DNA of 48,533 nt from Actinomycetota bacterium (GTDB taxonomy: Bacteria; Actinomycetota; Acidimicrobiia; Acidimicrobiales; Ilumatobacteraceae), in NCBI GenBank assembly GCA_052034175.1, contig JBPOIX010000274.1, forward strand, positions 1 to 48,533. Reading direction: 5' to 3'. Of this stretch, positions 23,806 through 33,250 are shown in pieces. The translations under genes and the position numbers were made by a program. The notes under the pieces are model-generated. The model was not told the DNA's origin and did not search any database. It saw only the letters and a list, made by a program, of their open reading frames with translations. The stretch's first letter is position 1, and each line of letters begins with the position of its first letter.

Positions 23806-25268
23806 AAGAACGCGGCGATCGTTTCCGCTTCGGAGGCCAGCGTGGTCGCGTCCACCAGCTCGCCGGCCTGTTCGGTGAGCAGCGCCACCATGCGGTCGAG
23901 GATCTCCTGCCCGGCGCCACTGGTGAACAGGTCGGCGCGCAGGCGGGTGTCCGCCTCGCTCACCATCGCGGTGAACTCGTCCACCTCGGCCCACTTGGTG
24001 GTGAGCGGGTTGGCGGTGCCTCGTGGCCCAGCCTGCCCGCCGCCCGGCATGACCTGCCCGTCGCCAGGCACCTGGCCGTCGGGCGGCACCTGCCCGTCGC
24101 CCGGAGGAAACCCGCCACCGGGTGGGAACCCTCCGCCGGCTCCGGGCCCGCCGCCTGGGCCGCTGCCTGGGCCGCCGAAACCGCCGAACGCTCCGTTGTG
24201 GTCCCAGGCCACCACGGTCATCCGGCTGGACGCCTCGCTGTAGCGGAGGTAGCTGTTGTTGCCCGGGCCGTCGATGTCGTCCCAGTTGTTCACCAGCGTC
24301 TCGAACGCCAGGTAGGTGGCGAACAGATCCACCTCGAGGTGATTGCCGAGTTCGCCGGCGAAGTCCGACGCGTTGTTGACGAAGTCGAGGAAGCCGATCA
24401 GTGGGCCGAGGAGGTCTTCGTCGGTTCGTGTCTCCTGGTCGAACACCTCGTCGTAGCTCTCGGGGTCCTCGCCGCGGTAGATCCAGTCGCCGGTGCTCTC
24501 CGCCTTGTACAGCACACCGGGGTCGGCGAAGTTGACGGCATCCCAGTCGTCGTCGAGGGACTCGACGGCCAGCCGCAGCGCCGGCCCCAACCCGTTGGCC
24601 ATGAATCGCACATGGACGGCCCGCTCCGTGGCCAACCCGGCCAGCCCCAGCAGTTCCAGCGCCACAGCCTCGTTCAGCGCCGCGGTGGACCGGCTGGAAC
24701 GGATGATGAACTCGGCCACCCCGTCGTGACGCTGCCCCTCGACGTATTTGTCCAGGCGGATCATCCACGGCAGCGTGTGGGGGGTTTCGGCGTCGGCGGA
24801 GCCGCCCGGGCCGTTCTGCCCGGCGCCGCTGCCGCCACCCAACCCGAACAGCGACGAGTTGCCCTTCAGCCGCACACCAGCCTGCTCGTAGCGGCTGCCG
24901 TCGATCGTGACGGTGGCCTCCATCCACTCCTTCTCCTGGCCGTTCACGTACGCCTCGATGATCCCCTCGTAGGCGGCGTCGTCGTACTCCATGCTGATGT
25001 CGTGCACGATCGTGTTGTCCCACAGCGCGGCACCGGCCGCGACAGCGGCGGTCGAGCCCGTGTCGCTCGCCGTGGTCGTGGGCCCTGAAGCCGGGAGCGT
25101 CGAGCCCGTCGAGCCAGACGCCGACCCCGCCGTGGTGTCGGCCGTTCCGCCACCGGACAGCCCGGACACGCCGGACGAGCAGCCGGCCACGGCGATGGTG
25201 GCAGCGCCGGCGAGAAGGCGCCGGCGGGACAGGTGGTGGTGGAGGACGGGCAGCGGGTTCGGGGCCAT
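23802..25268 (-). CDS. CotH kinase-family protein, Tat lipoprotein, with Gly/Pro-rich repeat region
   Basis: Starts LSRRRLLAGAATIAVAGCSS. Contains VRLKGNSS, ALNEAVALELL, YLRYSE...AWDHNGAFG, and GGFPPGGGFPPGDGQVPPDGQVPGDGQVMPGGG. Confidence 0.8.
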   Translation of the reverse strand: MAPNPLPVLHHHLSRRRLLAGAATIAVAGCSSGVSGLSGGGTADTTAGSASGSTGSTLPASGPTTTASDTGSTAAVAAGAALWDNTIVHDISMEYDDAAYEGIIEAYVNGQEKEWMEATVTIDGSRYEQAGVRLKGNSSLFGLGGGSGAGQNGPGGSADAETPHTLPWMIRLDKYVEGQRHDGVAEFIIRSSRSTAALNEAVALELLGLAGLATERAVHVRFMANGLGPALRLAVESLDDDWDAVNFADPGVLYKAESTGDWIYRGEDPESYDEVFDQETRTDEDLLGPLIGFLDFVNNASDFAGELGNHLEVDLFATYLAFETLVNNWDDIDGPGNNSYLRYSEASSRMTVVAWDHNGAFGGFGGPGSGPGGGPGAGGGFPPGGGFPPGDGQVPPDGQVPGDGQVMPGGGQAGPRGTANPLTTKWAEVDEFTAMVSEADTRLRADLFTSGAGQEILDRMVALLTEQAGELVDATTLASEAETIAAFF

Positions 25269-25358
25269 GACGTCAGGACACCAGGCCCACCTCGGCGCGC
25301 CCGGTGAGCCCGCTGTGAATTCGATGAGAGCGGCGCGGCCCTGCCGCCCAGCACACCC

Positions 25359-26543
25359 TCACCCGGCGGCAGCCACCAGCGACTCCGCCAGGGCACGGAT
25401 GCGGCTGCACGCCTCCGCCATCACGTCGGCCTCCACCGTCAGCGCCACGCGAATGTGCCCGGCGCCGCCCGCGCCGAAGCTCTCGCCCGGCATCACCACC
25501 ACGCCGCACTCGTCGAGCAATCGCCAGGCGAACTCCAGCCCGCTGAGCCCGGTCGGCCGCACGTCCAGCAGCACGAACATGCCGCCTTCCGGCATCCGTG
25601 CCTGCACCCCGGCCGAACCATCCAGCGCCTGCACCATCGTGGCGGCGCGCTCGTGGAACGCCCGGCGCATGGCCACCGTCTCCGGGTGCAACTGGTCCAG
25701 CCCTACGGCCAGCGCGTCGGCCAGGAACGGCTGGCTGCCGAACAGCATCGTCTCCGTCACGGCCAGCAGGCGCGGCGCGAACTCCGCCGGGCCCGCCACC
25801 CAGCCGGCACGGAAGCCGGGCACGGCGTGGGACTTGGAGATCGAGGCCACCGCCACCGACCGATCTCGCAGCTGCGGCCGGTCGAACGGCGAGCAGAACG
25901 GCCGGTCGAAGGTCAACTCGGCGTACACCTCGTCGCACACGATCCACAGGTCGTGGCGGATGCACACCTCGCCGATGGCATCGATCTCCGCGGCGGTGAG
26001 CACCGCGCCGGTGGGGTTGCTCGGCGTGTTCAGCAGCAGCACCTTCGACCGCGGGGTGACGGCCGCCTCGAGGGCCTCGGGGGTGAGGTGGAAGCCGTCC
26101 TCCGGGCGGGTGGGCACGGGCACGAAGGTGGCGCCGGTGCCGGCCACCACGCCCTCGTAGGTGGCGTAGTGCGGGTCGGGCACCAACACCTCGTCGCCGG
26201 CCTCCACCAGGGTCAGCATCGTGCTGAACAACCCGTGCTGAGTGCCGGCGGCATACACCACCTGGGTGGGCGACACGGCCAACCCAGACCGTCGCTCCAG
26301 GTGCGCGGCGATGGCCCGCAGTGCGCGCGGTTCCCCCTGGCCCGGCGCGTAGCGCACCCGGCCGGCGCGCAGCGACGCCACCGCCTGGTCCACCACGGCG
26401 GCGGGCGGCGGAAGGTCCGGCTCGCCGATGGAGAGGAAGATCAGCGGCTGCCCGGCCTGCGCCCGCCGCCGGCCTTCGAGGTGCACGGCCCACTTGCCGC
26501 TACCGAGGCCATCCAGCCGGGACGAGATCGAGGCGTACCGCAT
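25359..26543 (-). CDS. Pyridoxal-phosphate-dependent aminotransferase (class I/II)
   Basis: Reads LSIGEPDLPPP, NTPSNPTGAV and ASISKSHAVPGFRAGW (PLP-Lys context). Confidence 0.9.
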   Translation of the reverse strand: MRYASISSRLDGLGSGKWAVHLEGRRRAQAGQPLIFLSIGEPDLPPPAAVVDQAVASLRAGRVRYAPGQGEPRALRAIAAHLERRSGLAVSPTQVVYAAGTQHGLFSTMLTLVEAGDEVLVPDPHYATYEGVVAGTGATFVPVPTRPEDGFHLTPEALEAAVTPRSKVLLLNTPSNPTGAVLTAAEIDAIGEVCIRHDLWIVCDEVYAELTFDRPFCSPFDRPQLRDRSVAVASISKSHAVPGFRAGWVAGPAEFAPRLLAVTETMLFGSQPFLADALAVGLDQLHPETVAMRRAFHERAATMVQALDGSAGVQARMPEGGMFVLLDVRPTGLSGLEFAWRLLDECGVVVMPGESFGAGGAGHIRVALTVEADVMAEACSRIRALAESLVAAAG

Positions 26544-26615
26544 GGCTCGATGCTACGGACCCTCCCGCGAGTACGGTCGTGCTCCAGTAACTGCAACAGC
26601 ACAAAGGGGACTGAC

Positions 26616-27935
<1,320 letters not shown>

Positions 27936-28014
27936 GTCGCCGCTCAGGCGCGGAGCGTTTGCTACTTTTTCCGTCAACGCGGCATGGGTGGGCCGCCGGA
28001 CGGGAGAACTGAAT

Positions 28015-30159
28015 ATGGGTACGCGCTCGCGCAAGGTCGTGGTCGTCAGCGGTTCGGCGGCAATCGTCGCGGCCGCAACACCGCTGGGAGGGGTGGGCAC
28101 CGCACATGCGGCGTCGTTCGAGGTCACCAACCTCAACGACGCCGGTGCAGGCTCCCTGCGCCAGGCCGTCCTCGATGCCAACGCGGCGGCCGGGCCGGAC
28201 GTCATCACGTTCCAGTCGGGTCTCAGCGGCACGATCCTGCTGACCACGGGGCAGCTGACCATCACCGACTCGGTGCACATCCAGGGGCCGGGCGCGGCGG
28301 TGCTGACGGTGGACGGCAACAACTCGAGCCGGATCTTCTACCTCTACAACAGCGCCGACGCGGCGAACGACGTCACGATCTCTGGCCTCACGTTGACCAA
28401 CGGCCATGCGAGCCAGGGCGGCGCGATCTCCGCCCGGGGCGATGACCTGAGCCTGCAGAACATGGTGCTGCGGGACAGCGGCGCCCTCTACGGCGGCGGG
28501 CTGTTCTTCACCGGCAACTTCATCGGCGAAACGTTCGACTCGGTCGGCGCCCTCACGATCCTCGACTCGGCGATCACCGGCAACGACGCGGACAACTCCG
28601 GCGGCGGCGTCTTCATCGGAGAAACAGGTGCCGACGTGCTCGTCGACGGCACCCTCATCGACGGCAACACCGCCTACTACTACGGCGGTGGCCTGGCCGT
28701 GCGCTCGGCCTGGCACGACGTGGACATCATCGACTCGCAGATCACGGGCAACGACGCCACCGGCGACGGCGGCGACGGAGGCGGCCTGTTCTTCGACGCT
28801 GCGGGCGAGGTCTACGTGACGGTCACCGGCACCACCGTGTCAGGCAACGAGGCCGTGGACGACGGTGGTGGCATCGTGTTCGGCGACAGGAACGAGCCGG
28901 GCTACACCGGCATCCTCGTCATCGACAGCAGCACCATCTCCGACAACTCCGCCTACTACGGCGATGGCGGCGGGCTGTGGTTCGACTACGCCTTCGGGGT
29001 CGAGGTCGTCAACAGCACGATCTCCGGCAACTATGTCGGGGGAACAGGCGGCGGCGTCCACATGCAGGGCGCTGCAGGTTGGGTGTACATCGAACACTCC
29101 ACCATCACCGACAACTACGCGGGCTACGCCGGCGGTGGCGTCTTCCTCGACGATGAGCAGACGGCCGAAATCGATCACACCATCGTGTCCGGCAACACCA
29201 GCGACGGCGGGTACGAGGACGTCGATGGGTCCGGGTCGCTCACTGCCCACTGGTCGCTGATCGGCGACGCCGCGGCGATCGTCAGTGGTTCCGACAACCT
29301 CGACGACGACAGCCCCGAGCTCGAACCGTTGGCGGACAACGGCGGCCCGACCTTCACCCACATGCCCCAGTCGGGCAGCCCTGCGCTGGACGCCGGCGAC
29401 CCGGCCATCAGCGGCGAGCCCGAGTTCGACCAGCGCGGCGAGGACCGCATCGACGGGGTCATCGACATCGGCGCGGTCGAAGCGCAGGTCAGCCCCGACG
29501 ACGATGCGTACACCGCCTCCGAGGATGTCGTGCTCAACGTGCCCGCCCCGGGTGTGCTCGACAACGACGACCTCTCGGGCAACGCCGTCGTGGTCGACCA
29601 GCCCACCCACGGCACGCTCACACTCAACCCCGACGGGTCCTTCGTCTACACGCCGGCCGCCAACTTCCACGGCTCGGACTCGTTCACCTATGCGCTGGAT
29701 CAGGAAGGTGGCACGGGCTCGTTGGCGGCCGCGCCGTTGACGGCCACCGTCAGCCTCACCGTCAACCCGGTGAACGACCCGCCGGTGGCGCAGAACGATG
29801 CGCTGTCCGCCACCGCCGGCGTGGGCTCGTCGGTGACGGTGAAGGTGAACGACAGCGACGCCGACGGCGACCCGCTGACAATCGTGGGTGTCACCCAGGG
29901 CGCCAAGGGCACGGTGGTGATCGAGGGCAACACGGTGCGCTACACCGCGAATCAGGGCACCAGCGGCACCGACACCTTCACCTACACGATCTCCGACGGC
30001 CAGGAGACCTCGACGGCCACGGTGACGGTCACCATCACCGGTGGGCGCATCCCCGATACCGGCACGTCGTCGTGGAGCCTCGTGATCGCTGCCGCGGCGC
30101 TGCTGGGCGCGGGCTCGGTGCTCACGGGCGCCACTCGCCGGCGGCGCCCCCTGGCCTGA
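28015..30159 (+). CDS. Secreted beta-helix (CSLREA / choice-of-anchor-Q-like) plus cadherin-like surface protein with C-terminal IPDTG sorting signal (paralog 1)
   Basis: A signal peptide is followed by NLNDAGAGSLRQAVLDANAAAGPDVITF. GGG(V/L/I)(F/Y) beta-helix repeats follow, then LADNGGPTFTHMPQSGSPALDAGD. Two units of the form VLDNDD...NFHGSDSFTY / NDSDADGDPL come next. The protein ends RIPDTG plus a hydrophobic helix plus RRRR. Confidence 0.88.
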   Translation: MGTRSRKVVVVSGSAAIVAAATPLGGVGTAHAASFEVTNLNDAGAGSLRQAVLDANAAAGPDVITFQSGLSGTILLTTGQLTITDSVHIQGPGAAVLTVDGNNSSRIFYLYNSADAANDVTISGLTLTNGHASQGGAISARGDDLSLQNMVLRDSGALYGGGLFFTGNFIGETFDSVGALTILDSAITGNDADNSGGGVFIGETGADVLVDGTLIDGNTAYYYGGGLAVRSAWHDVDIIDSQITGNDATGDGGDGGGLFFDAAGEVYVTVTGTTVSGNEAVDDGGGIVFGDRNEPGYTGILVIDSSTISDNSAYYGDGGGLWFDYAFGVEVVNSTISGNYVGGTGGGVHMQGAAGWVYIEHSTITDNYAGYAGGGVFLDDEQTAEIDHTIVSGNTSDGGYEDVDGSGSLTAHWSLIGDAAAIVSGSDNLDDDSPELEPLADNGGPTFTHMPQSGSPALDAGDPAISGEPEFDQRGEDRIDGVIDIGAVEAQVSPDDDAYTASEDVVLNVPAPGVLDNDDLSGNAVVVDQPTHGTLTLNPDGSFVYTPAANFHGSDSFTYALDQEGGTGSLAAAPLTATVSLTVNPVNDPPVAQNDALSATAGVGSSVTVKVNDSDADGDPLTIVGVTQGAKGTVVIEGNTVRYTANQGTSGTDTFTYTISDGQETSTATVTVTITGGRIPDTGTSSWSLVIAAAALLGAGSVLTGATRRRRPLA

Positions 30160-30184
30160 CCAGCCCTCTGACCCGAGCGGCGCG

Positions 30185-33151
30185 TCAGGCGTCCGCGCGG
30201 AGGTCGCCGAGCACGTCCTCGGGCAGCACGAACGCCCCCGCACCCAGCGCATCGCCGGGCTCGAGCAGCTCGGCGAAGCGATGGGGCAGCACCTGCACGT
30301 CGAACACCTCTTCCACCGCGCCGTCGAAGCGGAGGAAGCCGACGATGGCGCCGTCCTCGGTGTCCACCACCCACACGCCACACTGCCGTTCGGTGACCCG
30401 TTCGGCCAGCGGCAGGCCGGCGAACACGTGCTCGCGCACCTTGGACAGGCCCACGAGCGCATAGCGCCCCACGAAGGCCAGGCCGCGGGTGAAGCCAGGG
30501 AGGAGTGCCACGTTGGTCCGGTTGCCGGTGGCCACGTCCACGGTGCACAGCGCGCCGTTGCCCGAGTCCAGCACCCACAGCTGCCCCTGGTGCCACCGCG
30601 GCGAGTGGGGCATCGTCATGCCCTGGGTGATGATGGCGTTGTCGTCGATGTCGATGATCAGGCCACCGCCGACCTTCTCCCGCCGCCAGCCGTGGCGCTC
30701 GTCGGACATGGCGAGCGCGGTGACGTACTTCGGTCGATCTTCCACCATCGCCAACCCGTTGAGGTGGCAGCGGTCCTCGGCCGCCAGCGCAGTGACGAAC
30801 GGGGGGCGCCAGCGCGGCACGAAGCTGTGCTCGTGGTCGAGCGTGGCGAGGCATGAGAAGCGGGTGTTGACGACCCACAGCTCGCCATCGGCGTCGTAGG
30901 CCATCTCGTGGATCGCGATGTCGCCCGTGACATGTGCGGCGCGGGCCACGTAGCACGCGTCGTGTACGGCCTCGCCGGGGAGGCGTTCGGCCAACGCCGG
31001 TTGGTTGTCGAAGTGCCACACGTTGGTGCTGGTGCCGAGGGCCATCTGCCCGCCACCCGCGGCCACGCCCATCGGCCGCGGGAAGGCGCGGAGGTGGGTG
31101 TTCAGCGTGCCGTCGGCGTTGGGGCGCAGGAGCACCACGCGGCCGCTCTGGTAGGTGGTGACGATCACGCTGCGTGCGGCCTTGCTCAGCAGTTCGGCCA
31201 CCGTGCCGGTGTGCACACTGCGGAACGCCTGCTGGCCCGCCGCCTGCACCGCGGCCCGCCGAGCAGCAACCCGCTGCTGGTTGGCGGGCGGGGCCTGCTT
31301 CATCGTCAGCGAGCCCTGCGGCGCGGCGATGAAGGCCGCGGCGCGTTCGGCCACCGGCGCCGCATGGTGCCACGCGCGGTTGATCTCCGCTTCGTTGCGC
31401 TTCCACTTGTCCGCCGCCGGCGCATCCAGGGTGGTCTTCGAGTTCGGCAGCTGCGCGGGCAGCGGCCGATCCCATTCCAGGCCGAGGCGGTCAGCCAGGC
31501 CGCCGACCACCCCGTTCGGGTCGGCGAGCATCTCCTCGTGGCTCACCGCGCACCAGCGGTCGGCGGGGAGGGCTTCGAGGTCGTCGAGCAGCATCGACAC
31601 CGTGGCGGCCCACTGGCGCGCCGCCACGTCTTCCAGTGGAAGGCCGATGTAGTCCTCCCAGCCGGGCACGAGCAGCATCGACCACGGGGCATCGCCCCAG
31701 CCCGGAAGCCCGCGATAGGTGACGAAGCGCTCCGAGCGCCAGGCGTCCAGCATGCTGCTGATCGTCGGCTTCGGGTCGCGGTGGAGGTAGAGGAAGCCGG
31801 CGTCGGGGAAGGCCTCGGCGAGGAAGGGGATGCGCAGCGCGTTCTTCGGTGTCTTCTCCAGCAGGCGGATCGGTGCCCTCCCGACCGGCACCCGCCCATC
31901 CCGGTCGCGGGCCCGTGCGGCGAACGTCTCGTCGAGCCGGGTGGCCAACGCCGGGGTGACATCGCCCGCATCGAGACGGTTGGAGTGCCACCCGCGGCTC
32001 GCAGGGTGCAGCTCGCGGTTGCGCTCGAACACCTCGTGGCTCTCGCCGCCGATCGTGAACAGGCCCTTGGCCCGCGCCAGGGACTCGAACAGCAGGGAGC
32101 TGCCGGAGCGCGGCGAGCTGACGATGAACACCGGGCGCTCCAGGCGCCTCCCGGTCCCTGAGGTGCGAGTTCCGCGCTGCGGTGCGTTCGGCGGGGGCGC
32201 CCACTGTGGCGGGCGGTGCGCCGGCGCATTCTCGCCGGGCAAGGGGGCCAGGCTCGGCCGGATCAACAGTTGGCGCACGGTCTCGGCGAAACCGCTCCCG
32301 TTCGTCAGCTGGACTTTGGGGAGGCGTTGCAGCTGTTCGTCGAGGCGTGCCGCCACCCTGTCGTACAGGGGGCGGGCCGCAGGGTCGTCGCGGTGGATCA
32401 CCCACAGCGCGTGCCAGTCGGCCACGAAGTCCCGCATCGCCACGCGGAGCTCCGCTGGTGCGCCGTCAGGAAGGTCGCTGGCGATGCCGTCGGCCATCAC
32501 CCGATGCAGCCAGGGGGCGGTGGTGACGAGCGGCTCGGCGGACTCGTAGATCGGCTCGGCATCGCCTTCGACCAGCGACCCGATGGGTTCACCCTCGATG
32601 CCGTGCACGTCGCCGTCGTCGATGCGGTGCCACAACGCCGCGGACCCGACGGTGTCGATGACGAGGTGCACTCTGGCGAAGTCCGCAGGGTTGTCCACCC
32701 CGTGGCGCTGCCAGGTATCGAACACCCACACCTCGCCCGGCGCCATGTGCACCGACCGCTCGTCACACGTGAAACGCACATCGGGGTGGGTGATCACCGG
32801 CGCGTGGACGCGCATGTGCTCCTGCCAGTAGCGGTTGGTGTCCACGTGCAGGTCGAGATGCCCCTCCGGCTCGATGCGCATCAGGCGGGTGCGGCCGATC
32901 GGTGCGCCCAGCGAGGCGAGCACGGTGCGGTGGTACGGCATCTGCAGCAGGTGCTTCGTGGGTGCCATCGCGCCCGTGGTGGCATGGTCCAGATGGTTGC
33001 CGCCGGACGCCACCAGCTGCACGCAGGTGTTCCCCGGCGCACCCTCGGGGTGGGGGATCCACGCGTCGTCGGGGAGGGCCAGCACTTCGGCGGCCAGCCG
33101 CTCGGCGTCCACGCGCAGGGCCAGACGGATGAAGGTGCGGTCGAGACGCAT
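30185..33151 (-). CDS. 988-aa tri-domain fusion: Asp/Asn beta-hydroxylase-like, sulfotransferase, TIGR03032/DUF4915-like
   Basis: aa ~90-170 read GHLDLHVD...RVHAPVITHP...PGEVWVFDTWQRHGVDN...RVHLVIDTV (aspartyl/asparaginyl beta-hydroxylase fold pattern). aa ~338-600 read PVFIVSSPRSGSSLL and LLEKTPKNALRIPFL (PAPS-binding sulfotransferase motifs). aa ~640-960 read VIVTTYQSGRVVLL, DRCHLNGLAM, PHSPRWHQGQLWVLDSGNG and VFDVQVLP (TIGR03032-like). No signal peptide or TM. Only the lower 2967 nt of ORF 30185..34576 are coding. Confidence 0.85.
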   Translation of the reverse strand: MRLDRTFIRLALRVDAERLAAEVLALPDDAWIPHPEGAPGNTCVQLVASGGNHLDHATTGAMAPTKHLLQMPYHRTVLASLGAPIGRTRLMRIEPEGHLDLHVDTNRYWQEHMRVHAPVITHPDVRFTCDERSVHMAPGEVWVFDTWQRHGVDNPADFARVHLVIDTVGSAALWHRIDDGDVHGIEGEPIGSLVEGDAEPIYESAEPLVTTAPWLHRVMADGIASDLPDGAPAELRVAMRDFVADWHALWVIHRDDPAARPLYDRVAARLDEQLQRLPKVQLTNGSGFAETVRQLLIRPSLAPLPGENAPAHRPPQWAPPPNAPQRGTRTSGTGRRLERPVFIVSSPRSGSSLLFESLARAKGLFTIGGESHEVFERNRELHPASRGWHSNRLDAGDVTPALATRLDETFAARARDRDGRVPVGRAPIRLLEKTPKNALRIPFLAEAFPDAGFLYLHRDPKPTISSMLDAWRSERFVTYRGLPGWGDAPWSMLLVPGWEDYIGLPLEDVAARQWAATVSMLLDDLEALPADRWCAVSHEEMLADPNGVVGGLADRLGLEWDRPLPAQLPNSKTTLDAPAADKWKRNEAEINRAWHHAAPVAERAAAFIAAPQGSLTMKQAPPANQQRVAARRAAVQAAGQQAFRSVHTGTVAELLSKAARSVIVTTYQSGRVVLLRPNADGTLNTHLRAFPRPMGVAAGGGQMALGTSTNVWHFDNQPALAERLPGEAVHDACYVARAAHVTGDIAIHEMAYDADGELWVVNTRFSCLATLDHEHSFVPRWRPPFVTALAAEDRCHLNGLAMVEDRPKYVTALAMSDERHGWRREKVGGGLIIDIDDNAIITQGMTMPHSPRWHQGQLWVLDSGNGALCTVDVATGNRTNVALLPGFTRGLAFVGRYALVGLSKVREHVFAGLPLAERVTERQCGVWVVDTEDGAIVGFLRFDGAVEEVFDVQVLPHRFAELLEPGDALGAGAFVLPEDVLGDLRADA

Positions 33152-33250
33152 AGTCGGGTGAACATAGCCCGGCTCGTGGACCCATTCCCATGTGGTAGCT
33201 TCCCCACGCTGCGCAGCGGGCGCGCCACGGCACGGGAACCGGGGTTTGAC

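Noticed and set aside
25455-26615. N-terminal 387 codons of the 826-aa ORF 25455..27935
   Set aside because: This region is antisense to the aminotransferase gene. Acyl-CoA dehydrogenase similarity starts only at the ATG at 26616.
28400-29300. Regularly spaced repeats inside the three large surface-protein genes considered as a possible CRISPR or tandem DNA repeat
   Set aside because: The periodicity is at the protein level (GGG[VIL][FY] beta-helix rungs of about 22-25 aa) with degenerate DNA. It lies inside continuous ORFs, with no direct-repeat/spacer structure.
28840-31475. Long minus-strand ORFs 28840..30462 and 29982..31475, and similar ones at 40555..42174, 45033..46664, 25273..26493, 23695..25023 and 35268..36470
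   Set aside because: All are antisense or off-frame to genes with strong motif support. They have the Arg/Gly/Pro/His-rich composition expected from stop-poor high-GC frames.
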